A stretch of DNA of 64,000 nt from Selaginella moellendorffii (taxonomy: Eukaryota; Plantae; Lycopodiophyta): positions 444,236 to 508,235 of the forward strand of contig NW_003314321.1 in assembly GCF_000143415.4 (NCBI RefSeq), given 5' to 3'. Positions 49,977 to 62,827 of this stretch are shown piece by piece. Each line of letters starts with the position of its first letter. Within the stretch, counting starts at the first letter, position 1. A program made the translations under genes and the position numbers. The notes under the pieces are model-generated. The model saw nothing but the letters and a program-made list of their open reading frames with translations, was not told the DNA's origin and ran no database searches.

Positions 49977-52391
49977 ATGTGGGAGGCGATAATGATCGTC
50001 GTCTCCGCACCAACGAGCAGCGGCAGCGGGAGATTTCTTCTCGACAATCCGATCGATGGCGGCAAGAGGAAGCTCAATCCGGCAGCAGCAGCAGTGGCCC
50101 CGTGGATGAATCCACGGTGCACGCGACTCTCCCTGGTCAGGAGGAAAGCAGCGATTAGGTCAAGAACGCCCGAGGAGAATGCGTCCGAGGATTGCGCCGA
50201 GCAATTGGATCGGCTGGACGCTAATCTGTGTAAGGATGTGGCTGCCACGGCCGCGAGCGCCGAGGATGCGCTGGAGAAGATAATCTCTTCGCAAGACTCA
50301 CAGGTAGCTGGTCGGGTTGTGAGCAATGAGGAATGCTGTGAGATTATCGTTGCGGCATTCTCTCATGGCAATGTGGATTTGGCCTTTTCTTTACTGGATG
50401 CGATGCGGAGTAAGAAACCTCGCATCCAAAGTGATCAAGGTCAGGTCAGTGTTCTTCTTTGTTTTATAACTTCTTCGTTCATCACTTCTCACGCTATGGT
50501 TTCTTTTTCATTAGTTGGTGAGGCGAAAGGAACATGGCAGTGGCCTCAACCCGATGTTTCTACTTATGCCACCGTGATCAAAGGTCTTGCTGCTTCTCTT
50601 CGTGTTTCGGATGCTATACAAGCGGTCTCCAACGTCCGACGTCGCGGAGTTCCTCTGGGTGATGAGGTATTTGTCATTTGATTGTCATTCCAGATTCACG
50701 AAACCGATCGGCTCGTTGTTTCAGGTTCCTTTCGGGAATGTTGTCAAGTGTCCCACTTGTAATGTAGCGATGGCGGTCGTGCAGCCGCAGTGTGGAATCC
50801 AGGTATGGGAATGGCTTATCGAAATCATTCTTCTTTCCTACTTCTTTTCTTTTTTCTAGCTTGTGGCATGCTCCAAATGCCGATATCAATATGAACTCAT
50901 GTCCGGTAATGTGACGAGCTGCGAGTCAGAGTCGATGAGGTGCTGAGCCTTGGACTTCAAGTTTTTGCCTTCATTTAACTTAGAACGTTCTGTTGGCAGT
51001 TCTAGTACTTCAGCTCTCGAGCGCGCACTTCGATTCCTGCAACTTATGAAGCGACCTGTCGCTTCAGCAGTCCACTCCTTTAACGTAAGTAGCTGCAATA
51101 CAACAGTCATATGTCTAAGTTTCAGGCGTTAAATCAGGTAACTGCGCCTAACGGAGTAGCTCGAACTCACAGATTTGCAACTGAGAGCGCTGAAATCCCG
51201 GGGCAGTTAGGAGAAAGAGTTACCATCGCATCTGCAGCTCCAGCACGACAGGGGTTTCGTTTTATTTCTTTCGCGGCAAGAACACCGGGTTGGCAGCCGA
51301 GCGAACCCATGGCAGTAACAAACCACGATACGGGGCGTGAAACTAAACTCTTGAGAGCACCACCGAAGACCGGAGCTACTGCTGCTGCATTCAACACCTC
51401 CCTCGTTGTCCCTGCAGCACTTGTGCTGGCCAGCAGCAATGCTGCTACAGCTTTGATAGATCCGACGCTGCCTCGAGCAATCGTTATAGGTGCTAGCGCA
51501 GCGATTGTCTTTGGTGGTGCAGCGAACGCTTTTCTCCTGCCTAAGCTGAATCAGGTGAGCCCGATCTATCTCTTGCTTTTCTTTTTACTGATTGACTGCT
51601 TTGCTTTCAGATTCCTTCCAGGAGTGTTGATGCCATAGCCTTGAGGCAGGAGCTTTTGTCGCAGTACGAGATGCTACAATCACGCCTTCAACAGCTGACG
51701 GATGCATCCGTCCAGGAGGTTAGGAACAAAAATTCCAGTTTTAGTTTACCAAAGCAGCCGACGTGCAGGTGGTGCGATTGGCTCGAATGTGTCAGCTGGA
51801 AAATAAAATGGAGTCAGTCGGCCAGGACATGTACAGGTGAGAACGCTTCACTTTCTCTTGTATATTTTATGATTCTGAGCACGTACAATTGAAACTTAGT
51901 GCGAGGATCGATCGGGTGCGCAAAGCAAGAGAAGGAATTGATGAGCGCTTGCGTGCACAGCTCGAACTGATAGATAACTACGCCAAGGCAAGCGTAGTCA
52001 TTTTTTGTTTTGTTTTTCCTTCCTCGTGCTCACGTAATTCCTCCGTGTCAGATTGCAGCGATGATTGAGATCGAAGTGGAGATGGACATGGATGTTATTG
52101 CAGCCGAGACAGCAGGGGCCGTGGTAAAATCTCCTGTCCTCCTTTAATTCTTTCATTCTTTCCAGGTTTCACGTTGATGGAATGAATGGTGGCTTCTGGC
52201 AGGCGAGAATTGAAGAGCAAATTCAAGGGCTCATGGAGGTCGAGGAGCTCCAAAAGGTATGCTGGTTATTTCGATCATTCACTCATCCCGCGTAGCAGAA
52301 TTTAAATCTCCTGTTCTCGCAGAAATGGAAGATCCAAGCCGAGGCAGCAGACGAGGTGGAGAGGCTCCTTAGCTCGGCACCGACAGTGTGA
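49977..52391 (+). CDS. Plastid PPR-like protein, At1g64430-like (single PPR, CxxC pairs, TM segments, coiled coil), multi-exon
   Basis: WQWPQPDVSTYAT, EVPFGNVVKCPTC, ACSKCRYQYEL, ARTHRFATE and KWKIQAEAADEVERLL. Confidence 0.8.
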
Positions 52392-52530
52392 GAAGAAATA
52401 AAAGAGAAGGTTTTATACGTCACGAAGCTCTCTCGTCGTGGCACAAGAGAAAAAAGTCCGCAAGAGCAACAAAGTTCCTGGGGAGCGAATTGATTTCTCT
52501 CAAAATGCTGGCAGTGGATCTTTAGATCGA

Positions 52531-52932
52531 TCACTCTGTCGACGACGAAACAACCTCGACCTCGACCGTGGCCGGCTCCTTCGAATCGCTAGCAGCAGCA
52601 GTGGTGGATTTCCTGACAGAAGGGTGGTCGTCGACGCCCAATGCTCGCAGAGCCCAGGATTTGGGAGTGAGGATGTCCCAAATCGCGGGGCGCTCGGAGA
52701 GTGGGGGGTAGCGCGTCGGTCCCTTCCTCCTCCTGTCATAGCCCTTCTTCTTTGGGCGCGACTTGATGTGGTGGGCTGTGGCCTTCTTCTGCGGCCTGGA
52801 CGAGCATTCGATGCCAATCGGGGCCACGCGGGTCTGCGGGAAGCCCAGCGATGGGGATTGCCTCACCTGGAATGGCTCTGTGAGCGATTGTTTGAGCGCG
52901 AGGCGCGACGAGGACGAGACGAGGACCGCCAT
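52531..52932 (-). CDS. PSRP6: Plastid-specific 50S ribosomal protein 6 (cL38)
   Basis: Transit peptide followed by IECSSRPQKKATAHHIKSRPKK...RKGPTRYPPL. Confidence 0.9.
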   Translation of the reverse strand: MAVLVSSSSRLALKQSLTEPFQVRQSPSLGFPQTRVAPIGIECSSRPQKKATAHHIKSRPKKKGYDRRRKGPTRYPPLSERPAIWDILTPKSWALRALGVDDHPSVRKSTTAAASDSKEPATVEVEVVSSSTE

Positions 52933-53488
52933 AGCCAACCAAGCGAAGAACCCTAATTAAAACCCAACGGATAGGATAAGATTCCAATTCTAATGGCATA
53001 TTCTAGAATTTGGTTAGCCTAAACCCAAACATCTAATTTTAATTTAATTAATTTTAATGAGAAATCTTGGCATATTTTAGTGAACAAAATAAAATTAAAA
53101 ATTTAATTTAACGTTTTTCTGCTAAGTGGAAAACGATGTGAAAAAGAGATGTTTGTTCTCCGTGAGGTTGCCAGGTTGCACCTTTGGAGCAAATGTTCTT
53201 TATACTCCCATTGAATTCTTAGGACATGACAAAATGCGATCCAAATAAGTATAATTTGATGATCTAACAAACTAATATCCCTATCAAACACTTGATCCGA
53301 GAGTTCTATGCTTTTCCCATTACGTGCCAATTGAATGCCCCTCTTTGAAACACATTGCATCTGAAATGTGCCGTTGTGACTTCATTGATTTATACATTGT
53401 GGAAAATGAAAGCATACGATACAAATACCCTCTCTTTTCTATCCTCGCGTGATTATAATATTTCCCTCTTCTCTCGTTCTCTCGTTTT

Positions 53489-55635
53489 TCATGCTATCAC
53501 ACTGTGGCAACCCGCAGTGTGCAGCAGCACCGTCTTGATTTCCTCTGGGCCAACTTCTCCTTCCTTGGTTGCCTAGAGGAATCCAAAGTCCATCAGCAAA
53601 GAACAATATAGAAAAATCGATCAAAGGTGGTGCGATTCAAGCAAGCAAGGCGTGTGTTTTCAGCATACCTCGGCTCTGAAGATGTCAAACACGAAACCAT
53701 TGAAGCAACTTATCACTGCTTGTTGAACGTCCAATCCGAGACCATCCAAAGCTTTCATCATCGACAGCAGTAATCCGGGCCTGGATCCGCAGAACATGTG
53801 TATATTGAAATCCTTGCCCTTTTGCATCTTCACCTCGATCTACATCCATGGCACGTCCAAGTTAATCCGACAAATCTTCAAAGACTGAAAGAATCGCTCG
53901 GGAAATTCGAAACAAGAGCTTTGCGAATTCTGGAAGAATAGAGAGAGCTTTGGAAAGAATAATTGGAAGAACTTTGAGAGCTTTGGGAAGAACCCCTAGA
54001 AAGTGGAAGATTTTTCAAGCAAATAACGAGAAAGAACTTTGGGAAGAAGAAGGTGGAATATATATTTCGAGGAAATGTTTAAAACAAAGACAAAGATCTT
54101 CGAGAAGGCGGAAGAACTTTCAAGGGAATGTACAAAGAAACGAGGAAGAACTTTGGAAGAACTTCAAGAAAGGAAGAACCTCTAGTCTCAAGTGCGCAAA
54201 CTTCAAGAACTCGGAAGAACTTTGCAAGGATTTTAAAAGATTTTACCCGCGCTGGCTGCTCCGGCTCGGCGATGGGAGCTTGGGACGTGGATGACTCCTC
54301 TTTGATGAGCGGCCTTGCGGTGGAGGTGGGCGTCAATTCGGGCGGAGGAGGAAGAGAATGGGGAATTTGCTTCTCGGATTGCGCCGCTTCCAGCTCGTTG
54401 TGTAGATCGTTGATCTTATGGAGCAGCTCCTTCAAGTAATCGATGGCGTCGCCCAAAATGGAAGCTCTGTCCATCTGCGAATCAAAGCGCGATCGATGTT
54501 AGCACCCACATTCTTCCCATAAACCGTAGCAGACAAGAGAGAACCTTGGTGATCTTGGGCACCACCGATCGAAGCATGTAGAGGCGATCGTTGAGCTTCT
54601 TCCGCCGCCGCCTCTCCGCCAGCAAATTCTTGGCCGGCATTCCCTTCCTTGATCCACCGCCGCCGCCGCCCTTCTTGCCGGAATCAGGATTCTTCCCCAG
54701 CTCAACCACGCCGGATCCATCGCCGCTCTCCTGGTCGTGATCTTCGTCTTCGTCCAGGAATTCCTGCTCCCACTCCTCGATTCGCCGCTTGAGCAGCGCC
54801 GCGCTGCTAGGATTCTTGGCGTTCTTGGGCGGCGAGGCGAAAAGATGCCCATACCTCTTCTCTCTCGCCATGTTGGGGCTCTCCAGATCGGGCGTGCTGG
54901 AGATTGCCGCTGGAGGAGGGATTTGTGACAGCGTCGACGATCGTGCGTGTGGCTCCCCGGCCCGGCGCAGTGCTCGCTTCTGGAAGAGCGTGGGGCGAGC
55001 CCCAGTTCTTGGCGGCGATGCCGATAGTGGCTTAAGAAGCGTGGTGGTGGAGGAATTGAGGTGCGGGGGGAGAAATCTCGGGCGGCCGCTGCTTGAATCG
55101 TGGATTTTGGCCGCATTCTTGGGAGAGATGATCGCCATGGCCACCGGATTGCTGCTACACGTCGCTGTTGGAGTGGTGGGGGTTTTGGCGAGTGGAATTC
55201 CAGGAATTCCAGCAGTGGCTGACGCTGGGATTCCTCCCAGGGGGCTGGAGGAGCACAGGAATCCTCCTCCCACTCCCCTGTTCTTGGCGGGGCTCGCGAT
55301 CGCGGCTGGATTGCTGCTACTGACAATGTGGCCATTGTCGTCTAGCAGTATCGATCCATCGCTGTCGAGTACGATGGATGGCTGCCCAGAGGAATTCTCG
55401 AAAATGCTGCGACAGAGGAAGGATTGGAGCTGGAGGGCCTCGACGTTGAGAATTCCCGGGCGATGAATTGGCGGCGGCGGCGGCGGTGGCGGTGGCGGTG
55501 GTGGCGTTGCGATAAACCAATCGCTGTCCGGGAATGCGGCATTGTGGTCGTCCTGGAAAGAACAATCTGTGAGGAAATTGCGAGAATTTGCGTGAAGAAC
55601 ACCTTGGAGAGGATGGGATCGAGCTCGTCATCCAT
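53489..55635 (-). CDS. ICE1/SCREAM-type bHLH transcription factor with ACT-like C-terminus, multi-exon
   Basis: [87 protein letters not shown] and EEIKTVLL. Confidence 0.92.
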
Positions 55636-56512
55636 GCCAAGAATCGCATTTCCAGGACTGCTGCCAAGTACACATAAACTTTGGGAAATCGTTGAGAAGA
55701 TCATCAATTTCCTACCTCAAATCTGAGGAGCTGCCGTGAGGAATCCAAGGAGAGCTCGCATTCGCGAGAGAAATCATTCTGGAAAGCTCGCTCGCTCTAA
55801 ATTCGCGACATCTCTCTCGAGAACTTCACTGGAATTTGGGTTTTCTAGAAGACGATGGTTCAAAAGCAGCCAAATTGGAACTCCCAACACCAACAAAAGC
55901 GTTTTGGCATTTTGCGTGGAAGATTTGATCCACCCACGAACGAACACAGAGGAAGAAAAGAAACTTGTGCGTAGAGGTTTTGTGGGAAGGGCAAAATAAT
56001 CGCAGAGGCAGCAAAAAACCCTAATAAGTTAGAGCACCTCCGAAACGGACATGCTCCTTTATTCGCCTGGAGCTTGGAAATTTAAAATGGGAACAAAAGA
56101 GCTTATAGTTTGGCCTGTGGAAAACGGCAACTTGACAATTATGGGCGTGACGTGCAATGACGGGCGCTTACAAGTTCTAAAAATAGTAAACAAATAATAA
56201 TAATAATAATATATGTTTTGAAGACTACAATGTTAATAGAAAATTTTCATACTTTTGTCCTTTAAATCTTTAGTATTCTATATGAGTGCTAATCTAAGCT
56301 ATAAAAACAAATTCTTACAATGATATTGTTATAATAATATTGATTAAACATACCATATCAAATTATCATTTTTTATAACACCATCATATCTAAAAGAGAT
56401 CTATCCATATATTTTATGTCCTTATATTATAAAGTAAGTTGTTATAAAAATTTATATTTTATATTTTCTTCTATATATTCTTGTATTTCAAAATATATAG
56501 ATAATGTAAGGT

Positions 56513-57800
56513 TTGTAATACATGTGTGTGTGTGTCTATATATATAACCCTGCCTAGGTAATACATTAATTATAGTACTATAATATATTCATTGTCCATT
56601 TGTCCATTCATTTTTGTATATGAAAGAGTTTAAACCATATTTATTCCTATATCCTAAGCACTCACATTGGTGGAATTGAAAGGCACTATAACTTATCTCT
56701 AGAGGATAAAACTTTTTAAAAATACTCTACTTTTAATGTTTTGGATTGTGCTTTTTGTTTTTATTCCTTCATTATCTTTTAGGTTTATATTTGTATTAAC
56801 TTTTTGCTAGATTTAGAATTTTAACTATCAATTTGCTCTTACTTTTGAGTTTCATTACAATGCCATATTATCATTAATCAAGGAATATGTCATTTAAGGT
56901 TGCTAATGTTACTCTGTTGAATTGAGCTTTTGGTGCTATAGGGTATATTGATAATTATATTAGTAATGTGTGGTGTATTGCCATTTCTAGCTTTTATGGG
57001 ATATGATTATATGGCTTTTTTTTTCTTGGTGTTTTGTCAGCTTCAACTAATGTGGAGTATGATTGTGACATTGATTGGAGAGTTATGAATGGATGATACA
57101 ATTTAGTTTTTGGTATTTTTTGGAAATTGAGTTTATGGGAAAATGATGTTTACAAATTTGAGTAGATTCTAGATTATAATGTGAAGCTTAATTATTATGG
57201 AGATAATTTTGGAGACAAATTGAAAATTTTATAAAGTAAGTGTCAATCTTTCAATTTACCATTTAATCCCTTCTTTTACCTTTAGCTCTTATTCTCGGCT
57301 TAAGCCACCTTCTCATATTATTAATGTTTATTCCTCATTTACAACATTTCTTTCTTCTGACATATTGATCATTTTTTACTCTTATGATTATTATTTTCAA
57401 TTTAGTGTTGAGTTGAGTGCTTTTTTTTTCCCTCATACTAATTTAGATGTTGATTATATACGTGAAGCTAAAAATCTTGCTTTTGTTTCTTTGATAGTAT
57501 CTTTGATTAATTTTAATATTAAATATTCCTCTATCCCAAAAGTTAAATCACTTTGGCTAGAGTTTTGAGTTGAGTGTATTTCCTTGGTTGTAAGTATTAT
57601 TTAAAGCCTTTATTTTATTGTTATTGCTAAGGAGTTTATATGTTTCTTTGAGAATGTAAACTTTTTTATTGATTTTCCAAACTCAAATGTTGAATTATGT
57701 GTTAAGAAGATTGAATGATGTGAATTTTTTACTTATCTTGTAGTGGCCAAAGTATTTTATCACAATAGGTCTAGGCTTTAAGCACATTTCTCCCCATTTT
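56513..57800 (+). mobile_element. Highly decayed LTR retroelement fragment (LTR at about 56513-56666 plus eroded interior)
   Basis: The LTR-like end TTCCTATATCCTAAGCACTCACA resembles the copy B LTR end and is followed by a PBS-like TTGGTG. Downstream DNA is T-rich and eroded. Confidence 0.4.
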
Positions 57801-57831
57801 TAGCTGACAATTGCTGAAAATTCCTCTTTTA

Positions 57832-57986
57832 TGTAAGTAATTAAAAAGAAAAACTCAAAAAAAGATTCTTAAGAGTTATTTTCTAATTAGTTAATAAAGT
57901 TTTGGGATACTTAAGGTAAAATATCCTTGGGTTGAATAATATTAAGTTGGGTGACCTCCAAAGAAGTTTCAATTTAGGAGTTTACA
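57832..57986 (+). mobile_element. Decayed Cassandra-like LTR
   Basis: TGTAAG...TTTACA ends. Contains CCTTGGGTTGAATAATATTAAGTTGGGTGACCTCCAAAGAAGT, homologous to the LTRs at 26754 and 1517. Confidence 0.75.
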
Positions 57987-58911
57987 TTTTGATACTTTTT
58001 TATCCACTTTTTATTCTTTTATAATATTTCTTCCTCAATTTTTCACACTTTCTCCTTTTTGTCATAACACTTCAAATGTTTTTCTTCGGATGATAGTGGG
58101 AATAAACAAGAGTGCAGCCTCGATGATAGAGTGAGAATAAACAAATACAGTAGTGAAGTGAAAATTAACATTATGAATTATGGAGTAAAGACAAGTGGAT
58201 ACAGTAGTGAACCAAAGATAAATTATATAGATTGTGGAGTGAGGATGAAATAATGAATTTGAATAATACTTTTAACCCTAATGTAATGAGGGTGAATAAA
58301 TGTAATAGTGAAGGGAGGTTGAACATAGATGGCATAGTGAGGATGAGTGTAGCGAGTCTAAACGAAATTAATACTTCAAAAATAAAAATCATTCGAGAAG
58401 GGGATAAATAAGATATAAAAGATGAATAGAGTGAGTTTGACCTCTCATATGCATCGTTGGACAAAGACAAATAAAGAGAGTTTAAGTTAATACAGGTCTT
58501 AAAAGTTAACCAAAAGGAAAATACAAAGGTAAATCTTACTAATGGTTACGAGTCTAAGTTAATGATGGTCTCAAAAACAATTTAGAGACATGATGTATTG
58601 TTTGCTGCAATAATGTTTTATGTATTGCAGTGGTTCTCAAAGTCCTTTGTTGTGGTTGAAAGTTTTACCTTTGAGGTTGGTTCAAGTATTTGGCAGTTAC
58701 ATATGAAATTGCAATTCGCTTATTAAGATTTTATTGTTGACTTATATTTATGTTATAATTTTGGGTTTTATTTCAGTTATAGTTATTAGCAATGATGTTA
58801 GTAATTTCAAAGGAGTATCAAGTTCTTGTAGTAATCTATAATCACCTAGCAAAAACTCTAGATATTCTACTTGATTTATTATTGTCATCTTTTCATCTTC
58901 CAAAAGGGAGC

Positions 58912-59166
58912 ATATATATGTATATATGTATATATGTATATATATATGTATATATGTATATATATATATGTATATATGTATGTATGTATGTATATATGTA
59001 TATATGTATATGTATATATGTATGTATATATGTATATATGTATATATGTATATATGTATATGTATATGTATATATATGTATATATGTATATGTATATATA
59101 TGTATATATGTATATGTATATATATGTATATATGTATATGTATATATATATGTATATATGTATATG

Positions 59167-59198
<32 letters not shown>

Positions 59199-59221
59199 TG
59201 TATATGTATATATATATCTGT

Positions 59222-59261
<40 letters not shown>

Positions 59262-59297
59262 CTGTATATATGTATATATATATATATATGTATGTAT

Positions 59298-59329
<32 letters not shown>

Positions 59330-59330
59330 A
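58912..59330. repeat. Compound (TA)/(TATG)/(TG) microsatellite, about 420 bp
   Basis: Direct inspection. Confidence 0.97.
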
Positions 59331-59713
59331 TAATAGCTAGAAGATGCTAAATATGAAAATAAATTTTAATCCTTTTTTACTTTAATAGGCAAGATATTAC
59401 ACCAATCATATTTCTAGAAATTGGTCATCATCATGAGTTTGAATTTTTATTACTCAATATTTTAGTAAATTTAATTTTATTAATTTAAAAATTAATTTTT
59501 TTACTTTTAAAGGTAACAGTAGAAGTTAATTTCTATGTTAACTTAAAACTAGCCATGTTTATTATGTAAATCTCATAAATAACATCTATATCCTTAAATA
59601 GCAAAACGTTTTAAAAATTAAATAAGCTACTAAAATATGTAGCTCCTTCTAGGAATTTAATTTAGTTTATTTTATAACTTATATACTTTCCTTATTTCTG
59701 GAATTTGTTAATT

Positions 59714-59728
59714 TATGATTTTGAGCTA

Positions 59729-59786
<58 letters not shown>
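59714..59786. repeat. (TA)n microsatellite
   Basis: TA run. Confidence 0.96.
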
Positions 59787-59789
<3 letters not shown>

Positions 59790-60616
59790 TTTAATCATAA
59801 ATTCATATATTTTTATGTTGACTATACCACATGAATATAACACTAAATTCATAAAATTGTAATAAATATCCACATACCAACCTTGTTTATAAAAATAATG
59901 AACTAAATTGAACATTGGAAAAATTTAATATATGGTGTTATTTATTTTCTCAATTATTAAATTAACTATTAAATATTATTAATTTAATAATACTTATTAA
60001 AGATGGGAAGCAAGAAAGCTTACATATGAGTAATAATTATAGCATAAAAAAATGTGACGATATTAACTTTGTTCCACTGCTTTAGCCACTCCATTTTTGT
60101 CACTGGTAGGATGCAAGCTAACTGCATGCTTAATTAGCATCTACAATCTTCATGGTGAAGAAAGATGCTGTTTTGGTCAATGGGAAGTTGTGAAGCAGGC
60201 AATTATATTCACTTGCCATAAATATCAACTACTTGATGGTGCTCATTCAAAGTTAATACATTTGGATCTTTGCAGCAGACATGAACAAATTGTTGACAAG
60301 AGAATTGTTGAGTTTAAACTAAGATACCTTTGTGTTCTTAGTTTCTGCTTCCTTAACTTTACCTTTGGTAGAACATCAGATGAACTACTTACTTTTTTTA
60401 TGTCATGAGAAGTAGAAATATTTCATCAACCTGGAAATTCCACCTTTCAGTTTTTTATAACATCCACTGCCAAGTTTTTTCAAAACTGGAAGCTTGAATC
60501 CACTTGATGGTACCTTTAAACTATAGACTAAAACAGATTTGAAGGCAAAGGTAAGTGCTAGTACTAATTTAAAATTTAACATGATCTAGCTATCCTGTGT
60601 GCTCCACTCAAGCACA

Positions 60617-60624
60617 GCCACGTG
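60617..60624 (+). promoter_or_regulatory. G-box (GCCACGTG) upstream of PSAF
   Basis: CACGTG about 85 bp before the ATG of a light-regulated photosynthesis gene. Confidence 0.5.
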
Positions 60625-60706
60625 TAGCAGCAAAGATTACCATTCATCCATCATCCTATCTCCTTGCTCTGTTTCTGGGGCTCTTCTCCACCAACATCCA
60701 TCTACC

Positions 60707-61462
60707 ATGGCTGCAGCATCGTCCGTCGCCCTCTCCAGCTTGAAGAACCCCGCCATGGATGTCTCCTCGCGCTCCACATTCTCGGGTTTGGCATTGCCCC
60801 CTCGAGGCAGCAGCGGCAGCGCCAAGAGATCCAAGTCTCTCCTCGTCCAGGCGTCCTCCACCTCGGGCGAGCAGCAGGCGGCCAGATCCAATGCTGGTAG
60901 AATGGCGGCTGCGCTGGCGGCGGCGGCGATCATCGGCAGCGCTCCAATCGTGGCGGCGCCGCCCGAGGCAGCAGCGGATGTAGCCGGCCTCACCAAGTGC
61001 AAGGATTCCGCGGCCTTTGCTAAGCGCGAGAAGAAGGAGATCAAGAAGCTCCAGTCGCGGCTCAAGCTCTACGCCGACGACAGCGCGCCGGCGCTGGCGA
61101 TCAATGCCACGATCGAGAAGACCAAGCGGCGATTCAAGTTCTATGGCGATGCTGGGCTCTTGTGTGGCGCGGATGGATTGCCCCATCTCATCGTCGATGG
61201 CGATCAGCAGCACCTGGGCGAGTTCGTCTATCCGGGGCTCATCTTCCTCTACATCGCGGGATGGATTGGATGGGTTGGGCGGAGCTACTTGATCGCTGTC
61301 AGCACTGAGGCCAAGCCCACGCAAAAGGAGATCATCATCGATGTGCCGCTGGCGACGAGCTTGATATGGAAGGGATTTGTGTGGCCGCTGGCTGCCGTGA
61401 GCGAATTCAGGAATGGGAAGCTAGTGGTGGACGCTGCCAACATCACCGTCTCTCCCAGGTAG
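60707..61462 (+). CDS. PSAF: Photosystem I subunit III precursor
   Basis: Bipartite transit peptide ending AAA, then [41 protein letters not shown] and EIIIDVPLA. Confidence 0.97.
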   Translation: MAAASSVALSSLKNPAMDVSSRSTFSGLALPPRGSSGSAKRSKSLLVQASSTSGEQQAARSNAGRMAAALAAAAIIGSAPIVAAPPEAAADVAGLTKCKDSAAFAKREKKEIKKLQSRLKLYADDSAPALAINATIEKTKRRFKFYGDAGLLCGADGLPHLIVDGDQQHLGEFVYPGLIFLYIAGWIGWVGRSYLIAVSTEAKPTQKEIIIDVPLATSLIWKGFVWPLAAVSEFRNGKLVVDAANITVSPR

Positions 61463-61686
61463 ACGAGGATCACAGACAGCTGCGCGAAAGAAGAAGATCC
61501 AAGAACACCGTGTAATTTGTGTAATGAGAGATGGTTTCTAAAATCTCAGCTATCGCGTTGATCGATTCGTGCTCGATTCATTCGCGCTCGATTGGATCAC
61601 AGGAAATATTTCGCAAAGATTCTATTTTCCCCCAATTTCATATTTTTAGGGTTCTAGAGGAAATCTTTAGGGCTCTAGGGGAAGCT

Positions 61687-62827
61687 ATGGCGCGCGCGCT
61701 CGATGTTTGCCCTGCCAGATGCGTGGCGTCAGGTATTCTCGATTATCTCGCTTCCAGCAGCTCATTCCTGTCCAGCAGCTGGCGCGGTGCCAACGAACTC
61801 TAGCAAGCCACGCCTGGCGCTCGTCCGTGGAGTTCCACACACTTTCTCCAGCTGCATTACGATGGAGAAGCCTGAGGCGGCGATCGATGTGGAGCTCGCG
61901 AGAAAGCAGCATTCGGATTACGTGAACATCCTGAGAGGTTCTCTTGTCCCTCGTTTTCTTTCTCGATCGAGCTTCCATTTTCTCACATTTCGTGTTTTCC
62001 AGTCCAGAGCTCGTCGATCACGTCGTGGAGCTCTCACCGATGGACGAGTTCCCCGACTGCCCTTTCATCGAGGACACCGCGGTCGTGATTGGATCCAAAG
62101 CTCTCATCACTCGTCCTGTGAGTTATCTATCGTATCTATCACAGATAGTCAGTGAACTCACGATAACAGGGAGCAAGTTTGAGGCGTGGAGAAGTCGAAG
62201 CAGTGGAGGCAGAGCTTAGAAATCTTGGATTCGAGATTCACAACGTCGAGCCTCCCGGTACCATTGATGGTGGCGATGTTCTCTACGTCCAAAACACCCT
62301 CTTTGTTGGAAAGAGCATGTAAGGCACCTCTCTATAGGTGAACTCAGTACTCACTCTTTTACATCTCCTTGATTAGGAGGACAAACTCGAGAGGAATCGA
62401 GGCACTGGCACGGGCCTTCTCTCCAATACCTGTTGTTCCAATCGACGTTGCTGAAACCTTGCACTTAAAATCAGGTACTGGTATTCTTTCTGTTTTCTAA
62501 AGTCTCTTGCTGCTTTGCTGGCTTGCAGTCTTGTCTCCGCTTGGCCGGAACTCTTTTCTGGCCGAGGAGACCTTCCACGCCAAACAGATGCTCGAGCTGA
62601 TCCGAAAGGCTTCCATGGATTCGTGCGACTGCGTCTTTACTCCACACCAAGGCGCGGCAAATCTCCTTTGGGTGGGAAACACGCTCGTCTATCCGTCTGC
62701 TTATCCTTGCGGAAGCGATCTGGCCGAGTTGTACGCAAACTCTGCCGAGCGCGTCATTCCAGCCAACATTTCAGAGTTCCACAAAGGTGATGGAGGTTTG
62801 ACATGCCTCTCCATTGTCATTGACTGA
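61687..62827 (+). CDS. N(G),N(G)-dimethylarginine dimethylaminohydrolase (DDAH)-like amidinotransferase-superfamily enzyme, multi-exon
   Basis: Spliced product contains ALVRGVP, ARKQHSDYV, FPDCPFIEDTAV, ITRPGASLRRGEV, IDGGDVL, RTNSRG, LHLKS and SEFHKGDGGLTCLS. The exact start (61687 vs 61703) is uncertain. Confidence 0.87.

Noticed and set aside
58792-59350. ORFs rich in Y/I/M/C/V
   Set aside because: Translations of a TA/TG microsatellite.
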